DNA of 64,000 nt from Candidatus Eiseniibacteriota bacterium. GTDB taxonomy: Bacteria > Eisenbacteria > RBG-16-71-46. Below the pieces are notes generated by a model, which was not told the origin of the DNA, made no database searches, and worked only from the letters and a program-made list of their open reading frames with translations. The translations under genes and the position numbers were made by a program. The stretch is from the NCBI GenBank assembly GCA_963744995.1, contig CAVUWA010000010.1:32001-96000 (forward strand), read 5' to 3'. Positions 1-9,830 of this stretch are shown here, piece by piece. Within the stretch, counting starts at the first letter, position 1. Every line of letters begins with the position of its first letter.

Positions 1-852
1 CACCTGAGAGCCAACGCGCGCAACGGGACGCACTGGCCGTTCTTCCTTTATTACAGCTCGCAGGCGATCCACGTGCCGCACACGCCGCCGCACCGATTCG
101 GCGACCCCGGCGATCCGCAGGGACCGGTGGTCGGCGGCACGACCGGGGGCGCGACGTCGGACATGCTCGCCGAGCTCGACCTGCAGGTCGGGAAGATCCT
201 CGCAAAACTCGACGCCGAGGGTCTCACCAAGAACACGATCGTGTTCTTCGCGAGCGACAACGGGGCGCTGTGGCCGGACGTGGTGGATTACGGCGACTCG
301 CTGCACGACAACAACGGACCGTTCCGCGGCTACAAGGCCGACGTCTACGAGGGCGGCCACCGCGTGCCGTTCATCGTGCGCTGGGGCGACGGCACCCCGG
401 CGGGCTCGCGCATCGCGCCGGGCCGGGTGTCGGACGAGCTGGTGCTGTGTCAGGACTGGATCGCGACGATCTACGACCTGACGGACCGGAACATGGACGA
501 GGATCAGGCGATGGACAGCGCGACGCTGATGCCGCTGCTCACCGGACACCAGCCTGAGGGGGTTCCGGTGCACGAGTTCGTCATCTATCAGGCCGGCTAC
601 GCCTACGACGGCGCGCTGCGCCGCGGCGACTGGGTGCTGCTCGTCGACCGCCACAACGAGGCCACCGAGCTGTACGACCTCGCCACCGACATCGCTCAGG
701 AACACGATCTGATCCACGATCCGGCGCAGGCGAGGCGCGTGGCGGCGATGCGCGCCGAGTTCCTGAAGTACAACGACCACGACGATGCGACCCGCGAGCC
801 GCGCACCACGAAAGCGTTCAGGGTCACCGGGCGCGCCGCCGTGGCGCCCTGA
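1..852 (+). CDS. Arylsulfatase/sulfatase family protein, C-terminal part (5' end outside window)
   Basis: Frame 1 is open from base 1 (…PFFLYYSSQAIHVPHTP). Sulfatase motifs: NTIVFFASDNG, NGPFRGYK, YEGGHRVPFIVRW, ELYDLATD. Confidence 0.9.
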   Translation, partial: HLRANARNGTHWPFFLYYSSQAIHVPHTPPHRFGDPGDPQGPVVGGTTGGATSDMLAELDLQVGKILAKLDAEGLTKNTIVFFASDNGALWPDVVDYGDSLHDNNGPFRGYKADVYEGGHRVPFIVRWGDGTPAGSRIAPGRVSDELVLCQDWIATIYDLTDRNMDEDQAMDSATLMPLLTGHQPEGVPVHEFVIYQAGYAYDGALRRGDWVLLVDRHNEATELYDLATDIAQEHDLIHDPAQARRVAAMRAEFLKYNDHDDATREPRTTKAFRVTGRAAVAP

Positions 853-869
853 ACAGCGGGCGGGCGCCG

Positions 870-3240
870 ATGCCGCGTGAGCCGCGCGCGGGGCGCGCCG
901 CGAACGGAGCGGGGCGCGCCGGAGCGGACCCGCCGCGCGGCGCGGCAGCGCCCGCGCGCCCGGCGGCCGGCCGACGGCGCCACGCCCTCGGGATGCTCGC
1001 CCTGCTCTCGTGCGCCGCGGGCTGCACCCCCGCAGGTCCGGCCGCGCGCAGCGCCGGCTACGTCACCAGCGCCGCGTGCGCCCCGTGCCATGCGCGCGCA
1101 TACGCGGCGTGGCGCGGCTCCGACCACGACCTCGCCATGCAGGCGGCGACGGACTCCACCGTCCTGGGGGATTTCGGCGGCGCGACGTTCACGAACCGCG
1201 GCCTCGTCGCCCGCTTCTTCCGGCGCGCGGGCGCGTTCATGGTGAACATCGAGGGCGCGGACGGCGCGGCCGGCGGACTTCGAGGTGCGCTACACGTTCG
1301 GCGTGAGGCCGCTGCAGCAGTACCTCGTCGCGTTCCCCGGCGGGCGGCTGCAGGCGCTCCCGGTCGCGTGGGACACGGTGCGCCGGCGCTGGTTCGACCT
1401 GCACCCGGAGGAGCGCATCGCCCCCGGCGATCCGCTGCACTGGACCGGGCGCTATCAGAACTGGAACGCGCAGTGCGCGGCATGCCACTCGACGAACCTG
1501 GTCAAGGGCTACGACGCGGCAACCGACCGCTATGCGACGACCTGGTCCGATCTCGACGTCGGCTGCGAAGCCTGCCACGGCCCGGGATCGAGCCACGTCG
1601 CGTGGGCGAAGCGGGCTGCGTCGCGGGGGGACACTGGCGCCGGGGACCGCGGCGATCGCGGGCTGACGGTCGACTTCGCCGCCGCGGCCGGCAACCGCCT
1701 CGAGGTCGAGACCTGCGCGCCCTGTCACTCGCGGCGCGCGCCGCTCACCGACGGCGCAGCGCCCGGCGCGCCGCTGCTCGACCACTACGTGCCCGTGCGG
1801 CTCGAGCAGGGGCTCTATTTTCCCGACGGACAGATCGAGGACGAGGTGTACGTCTACGGTTCGTTCGTCCAGAGTCGCATGTTCACGGCCGGCGTGCGCT
1901 GTTCCGACTGCCACGATCCGCACACGCTCGAGCCGCTGGCGCGCGGCAACGCGCTCTGCACGCGCTGCCACGGCGAGCATCCCGACCCGCGCTTCCCCAT
2001 GTTGAAGGCCGGCCGTTACGACACGCCCGCGCACCACCTCCATACGCCGGGAGAGCCGGGGGCGTCGTGCGTGGACTGCCACATGCCCGCGCGCACGTAC
2101 ATGGTCGTGGATCCGCGGCGCGATCACGGCTTCCGCGTGCCGGATCCCGCGGGGTCCGCGCGACTCGGCGCACCGGACGTCTGCGCGGCCTGCCACCGGC
2201 GTTCGGCCGCGTGGGCCACCGCGAACCTCCGGCGGGTGTTCGGCGCGGGGGCGGGCCGCGCTTCGTTCGGACCGGCGCTGGCGGCCGGCCGCGCGCACGC
2301 CGCGGGCGCCGGCGACTCGCTCGCAGCCCTTGCGGCGGACGCGCGGCGGCCGGCGATCGTGCGCGCGACCGCGCTCGAGCTGATGCCGGCGAACGGCGCG
2401 GCCGGCGACCCGCAGGTCGTCGCCGCGCTCTCGGATCCCGAGCCTCTGGTGCGGCTCGCCGCCGTGCGTGCGATGGAATTCCGCGCCCCGGCGGCGAAGC
2501 TCGACGCGCTGGCGCCGCTGCTCGACGACCCGCTGCGCGCGATCCGCGCGGAGGCGGCACGCGTGCTCGCCGCGGTGCCGCGTGCGCGCTTCACGGACGC
2601 AACGGCGCGGGCCTGGGACGCCGCGTGCCGCGAATACCGGCAGGCGCAGCAGGTGGTCGCCGACCGGCCCGCGGGCCCCATGAACCTCGCGCTGCTCGCC
2701 GAGGCCGAGGGCGACGACGCCCGCGCCGAGCAGCTCTATCGAACGGCGCTCGCCCGGGACTCGACGTTCCTGCCGGCGCGTTTCAACCTGGTGCAGCTCT
2801 ACGACCGCACCGGGCGCGCCGACGCGGCCGAGCGCGCGCTGCGCGCGGGCCTCGCGATCGCGCCCGGGAACGGCGAGCTGCACTACGCGCTGGGCCTGCT
2901 GCTCGCCGAGGTCCCGCGCGACGCAGCGAGTGCAGACGAGCTGGCGAAGGCCGAGGCGCTTCTGCCCGGTCGGGCGCGGGTCGCCTTCAATCACGGCCTC
3001 GTGCTCGAGCGGCTCGGCCGCCCGGACGAAGCGCGCCGCGCGCTCGAGCGGGCGCTCGCGCTCGCGCCGGACGACCTCGACATCCTGGCGGCCTCGGCCG
3101 CGCTGCACCTGCGCCGCGGCCGGACGGCCCTCGCCAGAAGCGAGGCCGCCCACATGGCGGAACTGGACCCGTCCGACCCGCGCGGCCCGAGCCTGCTGCG
3201 CGAGATCAGCCGGACCGAACGCCGTCCTGCCGGGCGCTGA
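870..3240 (+). CDS. Multiheme (8 CxxCH) cytochrome c with HEAT and TPR repeats; apparent frameshift near 1270
   Basis: The 870 frame carries YVTSAACAPCH…WRGSDHDLAMQ…FMVNIEGADG. It continues in the 1285 frame as DFEVRYTFGVRPLQQYLV with seven more CxxCH, HEAT-like (ALSDPEPLVRLAAVRAM) and TPR repeats. Start codon uncertain. Confidence 0.8.
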
Positions 3241-3258
3241 GCGGGATGGAGGGGCCGG

Positions 3259-4719
3259 TCAGGCCGGGCTCGCCCCGGCGCGGATCCAGCGCTTGTCGAA
3301 CCGGTGTCCCTTCTCTTCGAGCGTCGCGAGCAGGATCTGCTTCCCGTCCGTGCGCACGTTGACGAGACCGTAGACGAGATCGAACACGACCGGTGTCCGC
3401 GACAGCACTCGGAAGCGATCCGTGCCTCCGGCCTTCTCGGACATTTCCACGCGGTGCGGATCCAGCCGGGTCGGCGCCGTGCCGCCGACCAGCTGCGCCC
3501 GCTTGACGTGCCCCATGCGCACGGAGCGCGCGAGCTCGGTCGAGTAGATGAGCGGCGGGACGCGGCGACCGCGCAAGTCGACGCCCTCGCGCCCGAAACG
3601 CGCGCTCGCGCCGAGGATGCCGGGGCGCGGATGGGCGTAGTCCTCGTTGTCGCCGGACGAGATCACGGTCGCGCGGGCGCCCATGGCGGCGAGGAACGCG
3701 AGATCCACGTCGTCGGAACCGTGGTGGCATCCCTTGGCGACATCGCTCAGGAACTCGGTTTCGGTCTGGTAGCCGAGCAGCAGGTTCTGGGAACGGGTGT
3801 TGAGGTCGCCGGTCAGCATGACGCGGGCATTGCCGTAGTCGACGCGCAGCACGACCGAATGGCCGTTGCGGGTGATCGAGTCCCCGCCGAGCCTGCGCAG
3901 CCCCGTGCGAGCGCCGAACGACTCGAGGATCGGACCCAGGATGCGGATCGCGGCCTTCTTCCCCGCCGGCGCGTAGCCCGGCAGGTATTCGTCGCGGTGG
4001 GAGACCGCGCGGACCGTGGCGGGCACCTTCCCCACCAGGGCGGCGAGCTTCCCGTAGCTCTTCGTCAGCGGCCGCGGCGGATTCCTGAAGTCGCCCTTGC
4101 CGTTGAGCAGGTCCACGAAGAACGTGCCCTGAGTCTTGAAACCATGCGCGCCGAACGGGAACGGGTCCGTGGTGCCTTCGGCCGTCCGCCCGAGCCCGGG
4201 GGATCCCGCGTAGCGCGGCATGCCGCCGTGGAAGAAGCGCTCGATCTCGACCGGAAACGTCCAGCGGCTCTTCTCGCCCGGCTTGGGCAGCGATCCCGCG
4301 AGCATGTCGACGAGCCCGCCGAAGTGATCCGCATCCGGATGGGAGAGGATGACGCTCTCGAGCGAGACCTTCTTGCGTCGCAGGTCCTCGAAGAACTTCC
4401 AGCGCACGAAACTCGCCGCGCTCTTCAGCGTCATCTGATCGTCCGCGGCCGGCCCGCCGTCGATCAGGTGCCACTTGCCGTCCGGCGTCTTCATCAGCAC
4501 GCCATCGCCCTGGCCGACGTCGATGACGTAGATCTCGAGCAGCTTCGGATCGGGGACCAGCCGCGCGGCGTCCACCGTGCCCGTGCGGCCCCGCGCCCGC
4601 ACCGTGGCGATCCCGGCGGAGGTCTTCTCGACGTGGCAGGGGTCGCCCCAGAGAAGCTCGATCTTCCCGCTCGAAGTCTGCAGCGTGGCGCCCGCGTCGC
4701 GGACGTACATCAGACCCAT
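3259..4719 (-). CDS. ComEC/Rec2-like metallo-beta-lactamase-fold hydrolase
   Basis: Motifs IDVGQGDG, LIDGG, SHPDADHFGG, NGHSVVLR, LTGDL, KGCHHGS, ISSGDNEDYAHP. GAAGGGAG RBS upstream of ATG 4719. Confidence 0.85.
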   Translation of the reverse strand: MGLMYVRDAGATLQTSSGKIELLWGDPCHVEKTSAGIATVRARGRTGTVDAARLVPDPKLLEIYVIDVGQGDGVLMKTPDGKWHLIDGGPAADDQMTLKSAASFVRWKFFEDLRRKKVSLESVILSHPDADHFGGLVDMLAGSLPKPGEKSRWTFPVEIERFFHGGMPRYAGSPGLGRTAEGTTDPFPFGAHGFKTQGTFFVDLLNGKGDFRNPPRPLTKSYGKLAALVGKVPATVRAVSHRDEYLPGYAPAGKKAAIRILGPILESFGARTGLRRLGGDSITRNGHSVVLRVDYGNARVMLTGDLNTRSQNLLLGYQTETEFLSDVAKGCHHGSDDVDLAFLAAMGARATVISSGDNEDYAHPRPGILGASARFGREGVDLRGRRVPPLIYSTELARSVRMGHVKRAQLVGGTAPTRLDPHRVEMSEKAGGTDRFRVLSRTPVVFDLVYGLVNVRTDGKQILLATLEEKGHRFDKRWIRAGASPA

Positions 4720-4967
4720 CGGCGGCTCCCTTCGATCCGGCGCCGCGACCGGTGGATCGGTTCGAGGCGTCGAACTGCTGCGGCCGGAACTCACCCCCGC
4801 ACGGGCGTGCGGGGCCTCACGAGCAACGGGGAACGGCAGGCTCGCCGTGCGCTATGGCTGGAGTATTGCGCCGGACCGGACGGGGCGACAAGACCAAACT
4901 GAGCCGCCGGAATCCCGGCCGTTCCCATGCGGCCGGCGCTGCAGGTGACCGCGCACGAGTCCCCGCG

Positions 4968-5835
4968 TCAGCGGTTCTGCGGAGACTCCGCGCCCGGCGG
5001 GCGGGGCTTCCCCGTGAGCTCGGCTACCAGGTTCAAGAGCGCGACGCGCCACGCCGGAGGCGATCCCGGCAGCTCGTTACGTGACGCGGCGAGTGCCGCA
5101 CGCAGGTCCTCCGCGGTGATGGATCGCTGCACGCCGAGCACCGCCTGGCCGAACGGCGTCCGTTGCGCGTGGAACGCCTCGGCCCCGGCGCGGACCAGTC
5201 GTCCGTCGGCGCGACATCAACGCCCCCGTCCACTGGAGGACTTCGGCCGGCTGATCGAGCGAGGTGAGCCATGGCACGCCGATCGTGTGGCCCGCGGCGA
5301 GGTCGACGGCCTTCGCGCCCTTCCAGTTCTTCTGGCTCACCGGATAGTCGCTGAGCTCGAGCGCGACGACGATCACGTGCGTCGCCCCGGCGCTGTCCGC
5401 GGCCGCGCGCGCGCGCCTGCGCCAGGGGCCGCCCGCGTCCTGCGCGTGGATCCATACCGCGTCACGGGGCGTGGCGACGTCGTCGTCGCCGTCGGCTCGC
5501 GGCGGTGCGTAGAAGCCCCCAACAGCTCCGACGTAGACGGCCGGCGCGCCTGCGGCGGAGCCGTCCGTCAGTGCCTGAGCGATCGGGCCGACCAGCGAGT
5601 CGAGCAGCGCCTCCACCTCCGGCCGCACCTCGGCCAGGGCCTCGAGGGCCGAGGCCGAGGGCCCCGGGTCCATGAAGCTGCGGCCGGTGAGCAGCGGGCC
5701 ACGCACCGCGCGCACCGGCTGCGCGGGCGGCTTTCCGGCGTAGTGCGGCGGACGGCGGCCGGTGCGATCCAGATCGGCATGGACGGAGGAGACCAGGGTG
5801 AAAAGCAGCAGGGCGATACCGAGGAGCAGGCGCAT
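4968..5835 (-). CDS. Secreted hypothetical protein; apparent frameshift near 5210
   Basis: Signal peptide MRLLLGIALLLFTLVSSVHA. After …WTGALMS a shifted frame gives a natural-looking continuation (ADGRLVRAGAEAF…WRVALLNLVAELTG) ending at TGA 4970-4968. Confidence 0.55.
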
Positions 5836-6028
5836 GGTCGTGGATCTCGAAAGCGAAACGGGCCGGAGAAGGCCGCCGGCGGGCCCGGGGAGTCGGCGCA
5901 TGCTGCCCGATTCCACCACGCCGGGCAACACGAGATGCAGGTATCGGCAGACGCCATGACAGCGCGTCATGCGCCGCACGGACCATGACTTCCGACGCTC
6001 CTTTTCCGATATGAATCTTCTACCGCGC

Positions 6029-6055
6029 GTTCAATTTTGTTCTCACTGTTCAATT
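6029..6055 (+). promoter_or_regulatory. AT-rich promoter region with direct repeat GTTCAATT (6029-6036, 6048-6055); candidate operator
   Basis: Two identical octamers 19 bp apart in a locally AT-rich patch directly upstream of the TetR RBS. Confidence 0.4.
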
Positions 6056-6078
6056 CGCGCGGGGAGGAGACGACCCTC

Positions 6079-6687
6079 GTGCTCGAGCCCGGTTCCAGCG
6101 AATCCGGTTCACCTCACGTTCGCGCCAAACGCCAGCGCCGGCGCCGCGAGATCCTGCACGCCGCACTGCAGGCGTTCCGTCGCGAGGGCTATCACGGGAC
6201 CACGCTCGAGGACATCGCCGCGCATCTCGGCGTGCGGAAGACCGCGCTCTACCACTACTTCCCCGACAAGGACTCGATCCTCCACGCCTGCCACCAGGAG
6301 TCGCTCGGCGAGCTCGACCGCATCCTGCGTGAGGCGCGCCGGCTCGACTCGGCGCCGGCACAGCTCCGGCACGTCATCCGCGAGCACGTGCGCGTCATGA
6401 CCGAGACCCTCGAGGGTTCGCCCCTCGCGTTCGAGGTGACCGCGCTCTCCGAGGCCCGGCGCGAAGGCGTGATCGCGGCGCGCGACCGCTACGAGCGCGC
6501 GCTGCGGCGCATGATCGAACGCGGCATCCGCGCGGGTGCGTTCCGCCGGCAGGATTCGAAGATCGCCGTGTTCGCGATTCTCGGCGCGATCAACTGGATC
6601 GCGCGCTGGTACCGACCCGAAGGCTCGATTCAGGCCGCCGAGCTCGGCGAGGCCTACGCGGACCATCTGGTCGGGGGGCTCGAATGA
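6079..6687 (+). CDS. TetR family transcriptional regulator (KstR2-like C-terminus)
   Basis: HTH EILHAALQAFRREGYHGTTLEDIAAHLGVRKTALYHYFPDKDSIL; C-terminal GAINWIARWYRPEG. GGAGGAG RBS before GTG 6079. Confidence 0.9.
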   Translation: MLEPGSSESGSPHVRAKRQRRRREILHAALQAFRREGYHGTTLEDIAAHLGVRKTALYHYFPDKDSILHACHQESLGELDRILREARRLDSAPAQLRHVIREHVRVMTETLEGSPLAFEVTALSEARREGVIAARDRYERALRRMIERGIRAGAFRRQDSKIAVFAILGAINWIARWYRPEGSIQAAELGEAYADHLVGGLE

Positions 6688-6754
6688 GCCGCCCGCCCAG
6701 GCGCTTCCGCGCCGCCGCCGCCGGCCCGCCGGCCGTCCAGGAGGAATGCGTTTC

Positions 6755-7810
6755 ATGAAGGCGATTCAGCTGGTCTCCGCGGGCGCGCCGCTGGAGCTGC
6801 GCGACGTGCCCACCCCCGCTCCCGGCGACGACGAGGTGCTCGTGAAGGTGGCCGGGTGCGGTGTGTGCCACACCGACATCGGCTTCTGGAAGGACGGCGT
6901 GCCCACCCGCCACGCGCCGCCGCTCACCCTCGGGCACGAAATCAGCGGCACCGTCACCGCCGCCGGGGCGAAGTACCGGCACCTGATCGGGCGCGAGGTG
7001 ATCGTGCCCGCGGTGATTCCGTGCGGCGCCTGCGAGCTGTGCCGCCGCGGGCGCGGCAACGTGTGCCGCAGGCAGATCATGCCCGGCAACGACATGGACG
7101 GCGGCTTCGCCGAAGCCGTGGTCGCTCCCGGACGCGGGGTGTGCGTCGTCGAGCGCCGCGGCGCGTACACCCTCGCCGACCTCTCGGTCGTGGCCGACGC
7201 GGTCACCACGCCCTATCAGGCCATCGTCCGCAGCGGCATGGCCGCCGGCGATTTCGTGATCGTGATCGGCACGGGCGGAGTCGGCACCTACGCCGTGCAG
7301 ATCGCCGCCGCGCTCGGCGCTCGCGTCGTCGCGCTGGACGTGGACGATGCGAAGCTCGAAACCCTCGCCCGGCACGGCGCTGCCGCCACGTTCAACCCGG
7401 CCGCCATGGACTTCAAGACCCTGAAGAAGGCGCTGCAGGCGAAGGCCGCCGAGTGGGATCGCGGCCCCGAGCGCTGGTTCGTGTTCGAGTGCTCCGGCAC
7501 GACCAGAGGGCAGGAGACCGCGTTCGGCCTGCTCGGACCCGCCGCCACGCTGATGGTGGTCGGCTTCACGCTCGGCAAGATCGAGGTGCGGCTCAGCAAC
7601 CTCATGGCGTTCGACGCCACGGTGCAGGGCACCTGGGGCTGCCGGCCCGAGCTCTACCCCGAGGCCCTGGACCTCGTGATCGACGGCCGGGTGACGCTGG
7701 CGCCGTTCATCGAACGGCACCCGATGAGCGCCGGCCCCGAGGTCATCCGCGGCGTGGCCGAGCACACCCTTTCGCGCAGAGCGATTCTCGAACCCGACTG
7801 GAACGCCTAG
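6755..7810 (+). CDS. had: 6-hydroxycyclohex-1-ene-1-carbonyl-CoA dehydrogenase (Zn-dependent)
   Basis: GCGVCHTD, GHEISG, CGACELC…C, QIMPGNDMDGGFA, VADAVTTPY, RLSNLMAFDA…GTWGC; adjacent to oah. Confidence 0.9.
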   Translation: MKAIQLVSAGAPLELRDVPTPAPGDDEVLVKVAGCGVCHTDIGFWKDGVPTRHAPPLTLGHEISGTVTAAGAKYRHLIGREVIVPAVIPCGACELCRRGRGNVCRRQIMPGNDMDGGFAEAVVAPGRGVCVVERRGAYTLADLSVVADAVTTPYQAIVRSGMAAGDFVIVIGTGGVGTYAVQIAAALGARVVALDVDDAKLETLARHGAAATFNPAAMDFKTLKKALQAKAAEWDRGPERWFVFECSGTTRGQETAFGLLGPAATLMVVGFTLGKIEVRLSNLMAFDATVQGTWGCRPELYPEALDLVIDGRVTLAPFIERHPMSAGPEVIRGVAEHTLSRRAILEPDWNA

Positions 7811-7849
7811 ATCGAAGCGGCGCCCGCACCGGCGCCGGGAGGACCCACC

Positions 7850-8953
7850 ATGCTGAAGAGCCACACGCTGATCCCCGACCACCCGTTCGAACACATCGGC
7901 TACGAGCTCAAGCCCGCGCACGATCCGCGCGGCACGGTCGCCGACGGCCTGTTCCACGCCTGGATCGTTCTCGACAACCCGTCCCAGTTCAACAGCTACA
8001 CGACGGAGGCGGTGAAGGAAGTGATCCTCGCGTTCCGGCAGGCCAGCATGGACCGCCGCGTCGCGAGCGTCGTGTTCACCGCGGTCGGCGACAGGGCGTT
8101 CTGCACCGGCGGCAACACGAAGGAGTACGCCGAGTACTACTCGGGCAATCCGCAGGAATACAAGCAGTACATGCGGCTGTTCAACGACATGATCGATTCG
8201 ATCCTGCGCTGCGACAAGCCGGTGATCAATCGCGTGAACGGCATGCGCGTCGCCGGCGGCCAGGAGATCGGCATGGCCTGCGACTTCACGATCGCGGCCG
8301 ACACCGCGCGCTTCGGCCAGGCCGGCCCGCGGCACGGCTCGGCGCCGGACGGCGGCTCGACCGACTTCCTGCCGCTCTACGTCGGCTTCTCGCGCGCCAT
8401 GGAGAGCGGCGTGCTGTGCGAGATGTGGAGCGCGCACAAGGCGCTGTGGCTCGGGCTGATCAACCAGATCGCGCCCGTGCTGCGCGTGGACGGCGAGTGG
8501 ATCCCCAACCCGATGGTGATCACCGACCGCATCACCGACGCGTTCGGCAACCTGATCTTCGGTGACGAGAAGACCGGCGCCGAACGACAGGCGGCGAAGG
8601 AGCTGCTCGCGCGCGCGACGACCGATCTCACACGCCTCGACGAGGCCGTGGATGCGCTGTGCACCAAGCTGCTCATGCTGATGCCGGACTGCGTGTCGAA
8701 GACCGTGAACAGCCTGCGCAAGCACAAGCAGTGGCACTGGGACAACACCAGCGTCACCAACCGCGAGTGGCTTGCGCTCAACATGATGACCGAAGGGCGC
8801 GCCGGCTTCCGGGCCTTCAACGAGGGCCCGAAGGACCAGCGCGAGGTGGACTTCGTGAAGCTGCGCCAGCTGCTCGCCGAGGGCCACCCCTGGGACGACG
8901 AGCTGCTGCGCGCGATCTCGCCGCAGTACCGGACGCTGCAGGCGCAGCGCTGA
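7850..8953 (+). CDS. oah: 6-oxocyclohex-1-ene-1-carbonyl-CoA hydrolase (Oah/BamA/BzdY)
   Basis: Diagnostic motifs QFNSYTT, FCTGGNTKEYAEYY, YMRLFNDM, GGQEIGMACD, GQAGPRHGSAPDGG, REWLALNMMTE. Confidence 0.95.
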   Translation: MLKSHTLIPDHPFEHIGYELKPAHDPRGTVADGLFHAWIVLDNPSQFNSYTTEAVKEVILAFRQASMDRRVASVVFTAVGDRAFCTGGNTKEYAEYYSGNPQEYKQYMRLFNDMIDSILRCDKPVINRVNGMRVAGGQEIGMACDFTIAADTARFGQAGPRHGSAPDGGSTDFLPLYVGFSRAMESGVLCEMWSAHKALWLGLINQIAPVLRVDGEWIPNPMVITDRITDAFGNLIFGDEKTGAERQAAKELLARATTDLTRLDEAVDALCTKLLMLMPDCVSKTVNSLRKHKQWHWDNTSVTNREWLALNMMTEGRAGFRAFNEGPKDQREVDFVKLRQLLAEGHPWDDELLRAISPQYRTLQAQR

Positions 8954-8993
8954 ACGCGCGGCGGCGCGGCCGCCGCAAGCGGGAGATGAAGAC

Positions 8994-9734
8994 GTGGATC
9001 TCGGACTCGAAGGCCGCGTGGCGATGGTGACCGGCGCCGCTTCCGGCATCGGCGCCGCCGCCGCGCGTGCGCTGGCGGCGGAAGGCTGCGACGTGGCGCT
9101 GGTGGACCGCGCCGGCGCGGCGGCCACCGCGGCCGCGGTGCAGAGCGCGGGCCGCCGTGCGCTCGAGATCGAGACCGACGTGTGCGATCACGCCGGCGCC
9201 GTCGCCGCGGTCGAGCGCACGGTGCGCGAACTCGGCCGGCTCGACGTGCTCGTGTGCAGCGCCGGGATCACCCGCGACGCGGTGCTCAGGAGGATGTCCG
9301 AGCCGCAGTGGGACGAGGTGATCGAGGTCAACCTCAAGGGAGTCTTCAACTACAACCGCGCGGCCGCCGCGGTGTTCGAACGCGCGAAGGCGGGCGCGAT
9401 CGTCAACGTGGCCTCGATCAACGGGCTGCGCGGCAAGCTGGGCCAGTCCAACTACGCGGCGTCGAAGGGCGGCGTGATCGCCTTCAGCAAGTCGCTCGCG
9501 CGCGAACTCGGCCGCTTCCACGTCACGGTGAACGTGGTGGCGCCGGGCATGGTGCTGACCGACATGATGCGTGCGCTTCCCGCGGACGTGATCGAGCGGG
9601 CGATCGACGAGACCGCCACCGGACGTCTCGGCACACCCGAGGAGTGCGGGACGCTGATCGCGTACCTGTGCTCGGCGCGCGCCACCCACATCACCGGCGA
9701 GGTCGTGAAGATCGATGGCGGCCAGTACATGTAG
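8994..9734 (+). CDS. SDR oxidoreductase (FabG-like; candidate 3-hydroxyacyl-CoA dehydrogenase)
   Basis: TGAASGIG, AGITRDA, NVASING, YAASKGG, VNVVAPG. Confidence 0.85.
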   Translation: MDLGLEGRVAMVTGAASGIGAAAARALAAEGCDVALVDRAGAAATAAAVQSAGRRALEIETDVCDHAGAVAAVERTVRELGRLDVLVCSAGITRDAVLRRMSEPQWDEVIEVNLKGVFNYNRAAAAVFERAKAGAIVNVASINGLRGKLGQSNYAASKGGVIAFSKSLARELGRFHVTVNVVAPGMVLTDMMRALPADVIERAIDETATGRLGTPEECGTLIAYLCSARATHITGEVVKIDGGQYM

Positions 9735-9830
9735 TCGTGCGGGGCGCGGCGGGCCGCCGCCCCGCGAAGCGGGCGGGCGCAGCCCGAACCGCGCGCGGCG
9801 GGGCCACCGCCCCCGCGCAGGGAGGATCTC

